The notes under the pieces are model-generated. The model ran no database searches. It worked only from the letters and a program-made list of their open reading frames with translations, and was not told the origin of the DNA. A program made the translations under genes and the position numbers. Shown piece by piece: positions 41,429 through 55,427 of a DNA stretch of 64,000 nt. Location: the NCBI RefSeq assembly GCF_009914755.1, contig NC_060945.1; one strand, written 5' to 3'. The stretch's first letter is position 1. Every line of letters starts with the position of its first letter. This DNA comes from the human T2T-CHM13v2.0 reference genome, Homo sapiens.

Positions 41429-43039
41429 CATTATCCTTTTTATGCATGGCTGGAATCAATGTGTCAATAATTTGTTAAGAATTTTTTATATTCATGGTTA
41501 TGAGAAATATTGTTCCATCATTTTCTTGTTCTTGACTTTTTAGGGGTCAGGGCATTACTAGTGTCAGAGAATGAGTAGTGAAGTATTTCTTCCTCTTCTG
41601 TTTTCCAATATAACTTTTATGTAATGTTTATTATTTCTTAAATTTCTGGAAAAATTGCCAGTGAAACCATCCATGTCATAATTTTTCTTAAGTTCACATT
41701 TAAGTACAAATTCAATAATATTTTTCATAGAAATAGGGCTATTCAGGTAATTTTCTTTAGTGAGCTTAGATGATTAACGCAATTCCAGGAATTTGTCCAT
41801 TTCTTTTAAATGGTATTTACTGGCATTGTCATTCATAGTATCCCTTTGTTATACTTCAATTTGCATGTTTTCTGTAGTATTCTCCCCTCTCTCATCTTGA
41901 TAACCTCATAACTGGTTATTTGTTCTACTGTCTTTTTTATCCTGATTATTCTAGATGTAGGTCTATGCACATACTAATGTCAGTGAATCTGCTTTTGGCT
42001 TCACTTATTTCTTTTTTGTTTCCTATTCTCCATTTCATTAATTTCTGGTTTTATTTTTATTATTATTTTCCTCCTGTTTACTTTGTCTTTAATTTTCTTT
42101 TCCATTTTTGATTGCTTAAGGTGGACTCATGTCATTGATTCTAATCATTTATTCTAATACAAGCATCTGTTTTTCCTCTCTAAATATGGCTGTAATTGCA
42201 CCCTGCTAATTTTGATATGTCATATTTCCAATTTGGAGGGGTTTAAATTTTGTTTTTAATTCTCATGTTATTTTTAATACTATTCATTTAGAAGTATGCT
42301 GATTTGTTTCTAAGTATTTGGGTATATTTCATAAATATTACTGCTGTTGATTTTTAACTAAATTCTATACTTATCAGGAAATAGACTTTTTAATGGTTTC
42401 AATTTATTTAACTTTATTGAGTCTTAAATTAAAGTATGTGTATTCCACTATTATTGTATGGAGAAATCCCTAATATTAAATAGATCAACTCCCTTGATAG
42501 TATTGTGGAAGTCTTCTATATTTTTTTGTAACGATTCTTCTCCAACTTTATTTTTAAATGTGTCTATTTTTATATTCAGTTCTCTCTGTTTTGCTTCATA
42601 TTTTTTGAAGCTCTAGTATTATATGTTTAAACATTTATTCACGTAGATCAGTACTATGAAAATTATTATTTAAGGGCTTTAAGGATGGAAAAAAATGATA
42701 CCATATAGAACTTTGTTTCAGTCTTTTTCTGTTTTTCATTTTACCATGTCTTCAAGTGAACTAAGTTACGTCACTATGTCTTCAAGTTTACTAATATTTT
42801 CTACTGTAATATCTAATGTTTTTAATCCCATCAGAGTATTTCTCATAATTTTATTTTTCTTCTCTGAGAGTTTCAAGGAGATGTTTTGTATGTCCTCCAT
42901 GCCTCTCTTACCATTCTCATGTTTTACTTCCTTGAAAATATTGGAATATATTTCTAATAGTTGTTTTAATAGGCATCTACTCACCTACCCTCTGTATCAT
43001 ACCTATATTTTGTAACTGACTGATTTTTCTCCCTCTTGT

Positions 43040-43327
43040 TTTATTTATTTTTTGGAGACAGATTCTCGCTCTGCCACCTGGGCAGGAGTGCAGTGGCACT
43101 CACTGCAACCTCCAACTCTCGGGCTCAAGTGATCTTCCTGATTCAGCATCCCCAGTAGCTGGGACTATAGACATGCGCCACAATGCCCAATTAACTTTTT
43201 AATTACTATTTAGAGAAGTGGTTTCAGTGTGTTGCCAGGGTTGAACTTCAAATCCTGGCTTCAAGAAATCCTCCTGCCTTGGCCTCCCAAAGTGCTGGGG
43301 ATACAGGAGTGAGCCACTGTGCCTGGT
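43040..43327 (-). mobile_element. AluJ
   Basis: gggctcaagtgatcttcc and ggcttcaagaaatcctcctgcc motifs. Confidence 0.9.
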
Positions 43328-43382
43328 GATTTTTCTCCTTCCTCTGGGTTGTATTTTCATGTTTATTTACTATCCTGGTTAG

Positions 43383-44239
<857 letters not shown>

Positions 44240-45987
44240 AGGAATTTTTAATTGGGTTCCAGACATTCAGAATTTTGTGTTTTGGGGTGCTGAATATTTT
44301 TGTATTATTTTACTTTGTTTTATAGATGCAGTTAAGTGACTTGGAAAAAGTTTTATTTGAGGGAGAGCTTCCATTTAGGCTCTTTTAGGTGGATCCAAAC
44401 CACCTTCAGTCTAGGGTTAATCTGGTTCCATTACTGATGCAATATTATTCTAAGGACATGACTTAAGTCCTGTGTTTTAGGATATCTTTTTACTCTGGAT
44501 GGTTGAATTGCAGATTATTCCTGGTGCTGTGTGAGCTTCTGGAATTATTGTACTTTATATTTTCTAATGGTTCTTTCCCTCATCTGAGAAGGCCTTACTG
44601 GTGTACACTCATTGATCAATACTCAGTTAAAGATTTGTTGGGAACCCTCTGCAGATATCTATAGCTCTGTTGTCTGTGCAGCTGTCTTCTCTCACATTAT
44701 CTAACCTGCACCTTCTGTCGCTTTGACCTCCCCCAACTGCACACTCTGTCTTCCAACCCAGATACATTGCCTGACTCTGTTCGTGTTCTCTGCCTCCCCC
44801 AGCTGCAGCCTGAAAACTCTCTTCAGGCAGTCAGCGATGGAGGTACTCATATGCCACTGTCATATGCAACCAGTTGGCTAATGTGTGAAAACTATTGTTT
44901 TATATGTATAGCCAGTGTTTTTGTTGTTTAAATTGGGAGCATATAGTTTATGTTAATACAATATTGTTCAAAATGAAATTATCATTCAATTCTTTAGTGT
45001 TTACATTAATTCTGTAATCCTGACCCCTACATTCTTGTACCTGAAAAAGGGGACGCTTAGAGAAGTGGTTTGAGTTTCAAAGAATGGGCTTAATGCATGT
45101 GTCAGAATGCCTTGGAGTGATTTTTTAGACGTTGACATTTCATAGACATGGATTGTGAATAGCAATAGGAGCATTTCTACCTGACTTTATTGGGAGGGAG
45201 TAATAAGGTATTTATTGGGAGGGAGTAATAAAGCATTGGTAATATTCCCTTATTTATGATGGCTTAATTATATTTCCTATTGAGCATTTAAAGTGAATGT
45301 AATCTGTACACACTTATGTTCTCTAAATATGTTCAAGTTTTGCCCCTCTACTTCAAAGGCCAAATCAAGGATTTTTATTTTCTCATGAAAATTCCCAGAG
45401 TAGTACAGCCATCTTCCTTGTCATATCTCCCGTTATAACAGATCACCTCCTGCTCAAAAAAGTTGTAAGTCCACTAATGGAATCTGCATTAACCTCTATT
45501 AATGCCAACCAAATTATGGGTTCCTCATGATGGGTGGCAACTAATTTGCTATACATCAAACATTTAGCACAATGTTTTATATGAAGTAAGGAGATAACCC
45601 TCTTTTTTAGAAAGAACATTGGAACTTAATTAACCTGCTGCTTTTATTAATGGGTGAGCCTGTCTTTTTATTTGTGAATTGAGGAGTAGAGATATACACA
45701 TACTGTAGTTCTCTGATTTTGAATGAGTAAGCAGAGGGAAAATGCACATTTATGGGCTAATTGTGAGTGCTGAAACCTCTACCGTGCTATTATTATTATT
45801 ATTAGGAAACAAATGAATAATTTTCATTGAAGATATTGAGAAATATATTGTATCCCTAATTATGATGAAAACCCTATCTACATATTAAATTCTAGATAAA
45901 AACTCTGAAATGTCATTTTTATACCTGTTGTAAAGATTGCATTAGTAATAATATCAAAAATATATATAAAAGATACTATATATGCAT

Positions 45988-46264
45988 TTATTATTATTTT
46001 TTTTTTCGGACACAGTCTCACTCTGTGGCCGAGGCTGGAGTGTAGTGGTGTGATCTCAGCTCCCTGCAACCTGCCTCAGCATCCCTTCGGAGTAGCTGGG
46101 ATTACAGGCGCCTGCTACCACGCCAGGCTAGTCTTTGTATTTTTAGTAGAGATGGAGTTTCACTATGTTGGCCAGGCTGGTCTCAAACTCCTAACCTCAA
46201 GTGATCCACCGGCCTCTGCCTCCCAAGGTGCTGGGATTACAGGCATGACCCACCACACCCGACC
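45988..46264 (-). mobile_element. AluS with an internal deletion in the right arm
   Basis: ctgcaacct|gcctcagc junction; otherwise a dimer. Confidence 0.9.
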
Positions 46265-47536
46265 CATTTGTTATTATTTTATGAATCCTAATTTTGCAAT
46301 CTTCCACTCCTCTTAAGAAATGTTGTGTACTTCATGGTACATTTAGAGATGTCATGAGAAACTGGAACAATAAATTCTATTGAGTATAGACATATAAAGA
46401 TTATGTTCATATATGTGTTAGTGGTTTCTGGAAAGTAGAACCAGAATTCACTGGAAGGAACTGCTTAGTGTATCAGAGAAATGTTTGATTTTATTTTAGA
46501 AAATAGTTTTAATAATATTTATAGAGATTTTTTTAAATTTACAATTGTATGGACAAGCAAATGTCTCCATACCAATGGACAAATTCCAGAACTTTCCATT
46601 AGTGGTTTTAAAATCAATTCAGTCATGCAAAATACTATTATAAGAAAAATACAGGAGGGGATGCAAAGAAGAGAAAAGAGGAAAAAAGATGAATAAAATG
46701 AAAGGAGAATACACAATATAAAACGATTTCACAAATACCGAGGGAAATCATAGAAATAGTTCAGATTTTAATATATTGAAAATATTTCTTACTGTAGATT
46801 ATAGTAAAAAATGTTTGAAAGCCGTGGTTGGTTTTAAAGGACAACTTAGACTAGAATGGAGCAGAGTGAGATGTATTTCAGTAGAGAAAAAAAACCTTAA
46901 AAATATTGATAATTATTTGGGACTAAGAGGAAACAGAAAAACAATTTATTTTCCTCATTAAAGAATAAAATTATCACATTCAAAATAGTTTCTAAATTAA
47001 TTGTGTTTTCATGTAATTCTCTCATCTTACTATTTTATTGGCAGTACTTATATGCAATATACATTTATGATATATTTACATTGTATTTACTTTGAAGCTT
47101 CTGTGAAGAAATTTTCTACATAAATTATTTTAAATGTGTCCCAAGAGGGGAGTAAATAAATATATATAATAAATATGTATTGTCTCACCAACATTTAATT
47201 GTGTATGGGATTAAAAACAGCAAACAAAATGTTTTTTTTGCCAATAATCAAAGTACAAATTGAACTGATATACTTTTTGCCTGGTAACTATTAAGATTTT
47301 GACATAGTTCAAATGTTATTCTTGTGTTTACATTCAAAAAAAATTTCAAGTATAATTTTATTGTTTATTCGTTAAGTTCTGAGGCTACTAAAAATATACT
47401 TTTGATTGGAATATAGCCCTGTCTTTCAATGATGATAGCCATATAGTCATCAATGCCTATAGATTAAAAAGTTGATTAAAATCTACTAAATTATAAAGCC
47501 AGATCTGTGAGGATGAACCTCTTTTTTCTTCTTTAG

Positions 47537-47697
47537 GAATGGCAAGCTCATTGAAGAAAATGAGAAGTACATATTGAAAGGGAGCAATACAGAACTCACT
47601 GTCAGGAACATAATCAATAGTGATGGTGGTCCTTATGTCTGCAGGGCCACAAATAAGGCAGGAGAAGATGAAAAGCAAGCTTTCCTCCAAGTCTTTG
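47537..47697 (+). CDS. NCAM2: NCAM2 internal coding exon (probably exon 7; second half of Ig3)
   Basis: cttttttcttctttAG acceptor; TTTG|gtaagt donor. Encodes [53 protein letters not shown]. 161 nt. Confidence 0.97.
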
Positions 47698-48434
47698 GTA
47701 AGTATTATAGCATAGTGGCTAAAACTGTTATGTCTATTGGAAGATCAGAGTGAAATTCTACTCTAATCATTTGAACTATTTAAACTTTCCATATTAAATC
47801 TGTTTCCTCTTCTCTGTAATATGTTTTTTAAATTTCAGCTACCAGATAGAATTTTTTGAAGAATAACGTAAAATTACATATGCAAATTTTTGTAAGTCAT
47901 TGATATGCTTACAGAAGCTGGAAAAAAATAATTTAAATTACACCTAGTGGGGTTTGTCATCTGTGTCTGTAAGGGTGGATCTCTGTAAGTCTCTAAATGA
48001 CACATGTTAGGATCAGTTTTACTTACAATATAGTTCAAAAGGGCACATTTTTAAGGCTACAATTTAAAAACATTGACATGTAACTATACTTAAATATTTG
48101 CTTTCATTTAACTAAATGAAAATATAAGATAAATATCTTCCATATTTACCAAGAGCCATATTATCTTATTTGGGTAACTTATAGAGCATATAAAACTAGT
48201 ACTTTACAGAAATATAATGACGTAGCTTCAATTATGTTTACAAGAAGAAAGACAGTGATGGCAGTGGGTGCTTCTAATAGAATTTTTCCCTTTAATTAGT
48301 GTAACACTAAAAAATATATGCCCTATTAACATTTAATATGTTTTCTCCAACTTTAAAAACACTGTTATTGAAATGCTTTCACAACAAAAAGAGGGAAAAG
48401 GAAGGAAGGAGAAATCTGTTAGAATAAGAAGGAC

Positions 48435-48602
48435 TGGGGCCTGTTGTGGGGTGGGGGGAGTGGGGAGGGATAGCATTTGGAGATATACCTAATGTTAAAT
48501 GATGAGTAACTGGGTGCAGCACACCAACATGGCACATGTATACATATGTAACTAACCTGCACGTTGTGCACATGTACCCTAAAAAAGTATAATAAAAAAA
48601 AA
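48435..48602 (+). mobile_element. L1PA3/4-like 3' end with 9-bp TSD
   Basis: G-rich 3'UTR tract and poly-A; TSD aagaaggac at 48426-48434 and 48603-48611. Confidence 0.92.
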
Positions 48603-49981
48603 AAGAAGGACCAGTGTTTGCAGTTGACAGGTGCAGAGTGCCCCTTACACTGACCATGAGATGAATGGTAATCCCTGCGTGGACACGCCCTCTGCAGACT
48701 GGCCCTGTAGTCACTGCTGGAAGCATTTTCTGAGCTAGAGAGATATTTATAAAGCTTATTTTCAAGTGGAGTGACAAGGAGAATAAACAGCTATACCAAA
48801 ATGTATTAAAATAAAAAATACAATTTTAAAAGTAGAGATGTTTTGAGAAAGAAATTGGATAAATCAGGAAGCATTGAATAAAGAGAAGTATTGTTTTGGA
48901 TAGCATAGTGTTTGGAAAGTTATTCAGCAGGATAATGTTTAGGTGATGTTCAGAATGATGATCTTCTAATGATCAGAAGTAGGCCAAGCTAAGAGCCTGG
49001 AGAAGATTGTTCACTTACAGGGAAAAGTAAATATACTTAACATTTTTAGAAATTATAGAAAGTCCCTAACTTGTTCTAGCAGTGTTCCCCACTTGAAAAT
49101 ATTTTTTCTATAAAACCTACAAAATTAAATAAGTATGATTCAGTATAAAAATAATCATATTAGAAATAGTATTGTGTGAGATTATTCCAAAGGATAGATG
49201 GTCTTAATCTGCCTCAGTGTACTCATCTGAAATAGTATTTACATCGTTTTTATCAGGATTGCAGTGAAAAAGAAAAAAGATTTTTTACATTTCTGATATT
49301 TTCATCCTTTCAAGTAGAACATAATACATGAAAATTTTACATGTTATGTTATTGTTATAATCCCTTTTGTGTAGTAACATTCAACAAACTTTTGTTGCTC
49401 CTGACACAAAATTGTATGCATATTGTGGGAATATAACTAAATCTATTAAAGTTAATGAAATAAAGAGTGAATTGTTAAAAATTCTGTATGCTGTTTTTCT
49501 GATACCAAGAATGTTATTTTCTGAGCTTAAGAACAACTTATTTGTGTTTCTTTGTTAAATGTATTAAAATATATAAAAAGTAACTCACACTGAAATAATG
49601 AGTACTTGATTGTATCCATTTTATATCTAAACAAGCAAACATTTAGGAAATACAAATAACACAGATTTCAAAAAATAAAGCTCTCTGGAACTATGTAAGT
49701 TTATGGAGGGACATATTTTAATATTAAGATAATTAAAATTAGTAGACATAATGCTTTTCTTTTTATACAATTGATGATTAAAAATTAGTTACGTTGTCTA
49801 GTATATTGTTAAGTAAACTGAAGTCAAAATAAATCAAGTGGAATAATATATATAAGTAAAGTAAATATATTTACTTAGTAAATGTTTCAAAATTTTATAT
49901 GATTCTACTTGCTACATTTTCAGGATATATCATTTACTTCTTTGGTGAAATTGTTAAAGCTTAAGAGAGAATTAAACCAAT

Positions 49982-50072
49982 TGTGTGTGCATGTGTCTGT
50001 ATAAATATATTCATGTGTATGTATGTGTATATATACATATATGTGCACACATATGCACCCATATGCATGTGC
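49982..50072. repeat. Alternating purine-pyrimidine (TG/TA/CA) low-complexity tract
   Basis: Read directly from the sequence. Confidence 0.8.
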
Positions 50073-50420
50073 CTTTAAAGGAAGAAATTTTGATTTTGTG
50101 GCTTTAAGATAGGAAAATAAATCATGAGATGACTTTTAAATTGGCAGAATTTTGAAACAAATTATAATTTGGATGTTGGTTTCTAAGTCACCTCAAGTTA
50201 TTTTGTATAATGGTAACAGATGAGTTTTATTTCCTAAATTTTTTTTCCTGTGCTATTCAACTGTCCTGGTACGTCTGTAAGGCAAAGCAGGCCACTGTAA
50301 TTCTACAAAGCTAATAATATCATACTATACTATAGTAGACTTAAACACCCATCATGACTTTTGTCTGAGAAGTAATATTTTCCTCCAATACCGGTTGAGT
50401 AATATATATATTCTTTACAG

Positions 50421-50566
50421 TACAGCCTCACATAATACAGCTTAAAAATGAAACTACATATGAGAATGGTCAAGTCACACTCGTATGTGATGCGGAAGGG
50501 GAGCCTATTCCAGAAATCACTTGGAAAAGAGCTGTGGATGGCTTCACGTTCACTGAAGGCGATAAG
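50421..50566 (+). CDS. NCAM2: NCAM2 internal coding exon (probably exon 8; first half of Ig4)
   Basis: ttctttacAG acceptor; AAG|gtaacc donor. Encodes (V)[48 protein letters not shown]. 146 nt, ends in phase 0. Confidence 0.97.
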
Positions 50567-51122
50567 GTAACCACATCTCAATATGTAATGGTTTCCATTA
50601 CCATGCAATTTCAGTATTTTCAATATCATTAAATCACAAATTAGTCTCCAATTTACCTAGTAACTTGTAGGATCAAATAAATGGTTTGATTTTTAAAAAG
50701 GTAACTAACACAATGTCGGCTTTACCACTTTCGTGGGAGGGGAAATGTCAATATGAAATATTTAAAGATGTTCTTTATTAAGTCACAAACGTTTAGGCTA
50801 TTGGTATTACTAGCATTGCTTAACTAGACTTTTGTTATACGTTGAATCTATAAAGTATGTTATTGCAGTTTTAACCCCTGCTGTGTGAGTATCTGGCCTT
50901 TGCAAATTCACTGACCATGAGAAAAGTGCTAGGACAAATAATATTGCCATTTTAAAAACAGGAATAAAGATTTACAAACCAGTACATTTAACTTTAAACC
51001 TCAGCAATTTCAGTTTCTTAAAGAAATGATTGTATATTTAGAAAACACTGTGGTGAGTGATGAGCGTTGGGATTGGCGAAGAAGATTTACTTCAAATTAA
51101 TTTAATGTATTTTCTACTTAGA

Positions 51123-51198
51123 CAGGTGTCAACAAACTACAGTCCATAGGGCAAATTTGGCTTCCAGCCTGTTTTGGTAAATAAAGCTTTATTGAAAC
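51123..51198 (+). mobile_element. MER58-like (hAT-Charlie) 5' fragment
   Basis: caggtgtcaacaaactacagtccatagggcaaatttggc...gtaaataaagctttattgaaac. Confidence 0.75.
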
Positions 51199-53106
51199 TA
51201 AAGCAAAAGAGTAATTTAAATTCAAAAAAGTCTGACTGTCATTCAATGCTTTACCCTTTAGAAATTGTCTTTCTGCAGTAGAAGTGTAGGTTCTGCTTTC
51301 ATATAATTTAGAATCTAATGTAGAGAAATAGGTACAAACAAATTACTGCATTGTGATGACCTTTAACCAGAATGCATTCAACTTACTTAGAAATTAATGA
51401 AACATTACTATATGTTTCACTATACTAATGGATTTTAATTACTATTATATTTCACAACTTTTCATATGAACTTCAAATACAAACAAAAGAGAAAGGAAAA
51501 GATGGTGAAATATTGAAATGATAGAACTGGCAATTTCACATAAGTGAAGATTATAACATTAGGCTATTACATTGCTTTTCTCTACTCAGTGTTAAAGAGA
51601 AACCTCCTTTAAACTTTTTTCATTATTAACTTTATTTAGGTAAAGAGTCCAATTTCTAAAGTATTCATACACCTCAATATAACTTTGATTTATTAACATT
51701 GATAGTAAAAAAGAGAAGAATAAATGTTTGTCCATAGTACACTTTACATCAATCAGTCCATCCCATCATGTTATATTTAACAACATGCTAAACCCATAAA
51801 TTCACCAAAAAAGTAACTTCTCTGGTCAATTTATTACTTTCCTTTTGAAAGACTGTGTTATCATATATGTTACCCTTTTTTGTTTCATTTTCTCCTCATA
51901 ATGGCATTTTAAGAGATTATTTGATAATTGTACTATTTTGATATACTTATTTTATATATTCAAGTTGAAAATCAAATTTATAAAATGTGAATGACAGTCA
52001 TAATCTTCTGCAACCCAGATAAAAGTTATAGTTTGCTTTAGTATATTCTTAACAAAAAATAATGTATGTTACTATGACACAGTTGCCAAATCTGAAAAGA
52101 ATTAAATTTATGTGAAATTAAAAAAATACAATCGTATCTGAAACCATAGAGGATTGTTTTTGTTTCAATTTTGCATGTTTATTTAGATTAGATCACTCAA
52201 AAGTATTTACTTTCATGCCCTTAGACTTTATCATACCTTCATATTTCTAATGCTGTTTTCTAATTATTTTTCAGCTTACTGCAAAATTCTTAAAAGTTAT
52301 CTTCTCAAAGATAGTTTTTACTCTGCATTTAATGAATGTTACCTTATATATTATGCAGAGAATGAAAGATAAATTATACTCAGTTATTTCATTAATAAAT
52401 GTCATCAAGTAACAAGAAAGCTGTTATATTTTATTCTTGGATCTATGCCTCAGGCCACCCCAAACTACACACAGATACTTATTCTGTAGTAACTGTGAAA
52501 AATAATCTTAAAGCTTTTGTTTCCTAAGGAGTATATTAAAAAACACATCTTGTTTTAAGAAAATCTGACTTGGTTTCTTTGCAATAAACAATTATAGGAA
52601 CTCAAATATGCTTTTCTGCACAAGTTTAATCCAGTCAATAAAGAAATTAAGTCTATTGTATTTCTATTATATTTCTCCAAATATATTTTAAGATCCTTGA
52701 CTTATTTTTCTATACTCCAGTACACTTCTTTTCCCCTAATATTTCTAGTTTCCTGAATAGCATAATTCACAAATCAAATGGTTGAGCTGAACTTTGAAGT
52801 AAAGTTTATCTAGTTTTGAATCTCAGCTCTGCCATTTATGATGCCTCAGCATGATAAAATTGAGTTCAAAGAGTCCAAATAACATTACCAGTGTTATTTG
52901 AACTCTTTTTAATATGAGTTTTTAATATGAATTTTTTCATCTTTAAAATGTTGATATTTACCCTCTTGTTATAAGGAAGATGAGCACATTACAAATGCAT
53001 ATCAATGTTTATCATATTATAAATATCCAATAAACTTTACTGTTTACCTTGCCATATTACAAATTTACAGTACAAATTTACACATTTTACTTTGTCATAT
53101 TACAAA

Positions 53107-53174
53107 TTTACAGTATGGCCTCACATAATACAGCTTAGAAATGAAATTACATATGAGAATGGTCAAGTCACGCT
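53107..53174 (+). pseudogene. Partial duplicate of the exon-8 splice acceptor and 5' coding part (pseudo-exon)
   Basis: 63/68 nt identical to 50414-50481 by manual alignment, including the tttacAG acceptor. Confidence 0.9.
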
Positions 53175-53284
53175 TGAAGCATAGTTTATCTTGTTGCCTC
53201 TGTAAAGTATAACTAAGGTTTGATTGAACTTTAATGAGATCATATTATTCCTATCATGGAAAGTAGCATGGGATTGTACTTTCC

Positions 53285-53445
53285 ATAAGAATCGCGTGGG
53301 AAGACTATGAAAATGCAGATTCTAGATTCCCACTTCTTGAAGTTGATTTAGTATATGCAGCCCAGGGCATAGGAATGCATATTAAATAAACTCATCAGTT
53401 GGTGTCATATTGTTAGTCTTCAAGCCATATTTTGGGAAACAACTT
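53285..53445. mobile_element. MER5-like (hAT-Charlie) remnant
   Basis: aaaatgcagattctagattcccac...ggaatgcatatt...ccatattttgggaaac. Confidence 0.55.
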
Positions 53446-54234
53446 CAAGTAAGGATGAAAATTAACAGCTAATATTTCCAACAGAAAAATGATCTTAACC
53501 AATTAGTTGACACCTGATGGGGGCTTGGGAACTATAAAACAAAACTAAACTAAAATTTCCATTATGCATGTATCAGTCAAGTTTTGATGAAACTAAAATA
53601 TATAGATCAAAAATAGTGAAATATCATAAATGTCGTGTAGTAAAAACTAATAATTTCATCTAACAACATGGCAATGTATTTAGCAAATATGTTCATCATT
53701 TTAGATTTTTCAGAGAGGAGGGTCTCAATTAACAATATTCTTTTTTTTTTTTTTTGTCTAAGTTCTCAATCACCAGATAAGACAAAAAAAATGGGGATAA
53801 AATACCATGTGACTTAAATGTATAGATGAGTGAATGCTCTTATACTGAGCTCAATAATTAGATAAACATACTCAACACAGTCCCAAGTAGCATGAGACTT
53901 ACAGCCCTCCCCTGTGTGAGAAGACATGCTAAGATAACCTTGACTGAGGGGGACAATGGTGAACCCATGTTCTCTTTGGGGTGGTCCTTTCTGAAAAGAA
54001 AAAAAGGAGTGGTTAGGAAGTGTATTTAATTTTTTGTGCCCCCATAGTTACCTATCAGATATCTCTTCACTTCCCATGGGAGAAAAAGTAAGGGACTTGA
54101 AAAGTCCAACTGTGGTATGTTGGAAGACCTTCCTCCCCATGGAATAAATGATTAAGAGTTCACGAGTAGCATTCACTGCCCAACTAACAATATGCTAATA
54201 ACATTTAAATCACCATATACATAACTATCTCAGT

Positions 54235-54845
54235 TTATCGTCTGGTATTATTACTGCATAGTAAATGACCCCATAATATAATGGCACAAACCAATAATTT
54301 TCTCTCACTTTTGATTTTGTGGATCAGAAGTTTGAGTAAGGCTTGGCCAGATGGATATCACTTGGAATCTCTAATGTGCTTGTATCAGATGTTGCTACTA
54401 ATGTTGCTTGTAGTTGTAGTTATGAGGAGGTTCAACTTTGCTGAGAAGCCAACATGGCTCACTTAAGTGGCTGGAATTCAGTCTTGACTGTGGGCTGCAA
54501 GCTCAGGTGGAGCTGTTTTTGGAACATCTATATGAAGCCTCTCCAGTATGGCTATCTAAGAGCAGCCTGCTGTCTTTTGTGGCGGCAGGCTTTCTCCACA
54601 GAGAACATTTCAGAAGAATCAGGCCAGACAGACACTATCTGGTCTACTCTGACATAGTCTTGGAAGTCACACATTTCTCACTTCTGCCACAGTATATTGG
54701 TTACAAACAAATTATAAGGTCGCCCAAATCCAACATGAGAGGAATTAGGCACTCTGTCTTGATGGGGAAGGATTCACAATCATATTGTAGATAAGTATGT
54801 GGGGTGGGAGATATTGTTAAGGCCATCTTTGGAAATGCATCTACA
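54235..54845 (-). mobile_element. MLT1H-like MaLR LTR
   Basis: gattttgtggatcagaagtttgagtaaggcttggc...ggaagtcacacatttctcacttctgccacagtatattgg...ggccatctttggaaa. Confidence 0.75.
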
Positions 54846-54879
54846 ATTTATCTCAAAATATTCCCATGACTTAAGTCCA

Positions 54880-55000
54880 ATCATTTTCCCAGGCTTGTAG
54901 ATGAGGAAACTGAGGCTCAGGAAAATTCAGGGGTTTGCACAAGGTCACACAGGGAGTAAGTGGCAGTGGCAGGATTTGAACTGTGGTCTCTCACTCTGCA
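54880..55000 (-). mobile_element. MIR SINE core
   Basis: agatgaggaaactgaggctcag...aaggtcacacag...gtggcag...ggatttgaac. Confidence 0.85.
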
Positions 55001-55296
55001 TAGTGCATGCCCGTGCAAGGGCTTCAGGATTCTGTTAAAGTGTATGGCTGGCACTCTCATAGGAATTTAAATTATATTTCCATTTAATCAAATAATTGAA
55101 AAGTCAGAAGAAGCTTTGTTTTTAAAACTTTTTTATAATCTGATATTACTTATTTTAAACTAATTAAAATATAGTGTTCAGTAAACACCAAAACTATTTA
55201 CTGGTTTTTGTTAAAATACATATATGTAAAAAATTACTTCGTATAATGGGTACTACCAAAATGTTTGAAAACCCATGCCATATAAAACAATCTAGA

Positions 55297-55382
55297 GGTG
55301 TGGGAGGGGAGCAAAATGGCAGAATAGAAGGCTCCACCAATTGTCTCCCCAACCCTGCAAGGACACCAAGTTAGCAACTATC

Positions 55383-55427
<45 letters not shown>

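Noticed and set aside
50421-50425. Second AG 5 nt into exon 8, and the GTAGGT double donor after exon 6
   Set aside because: Both alternatives shift the frame and the sequence gives no evidence that they are used.
47457-50629. Minus-strand ORFs 47457-47690 and 50330-50629
   Set aside because: Antisense shadows of exons 7 and 8 with no independent support.
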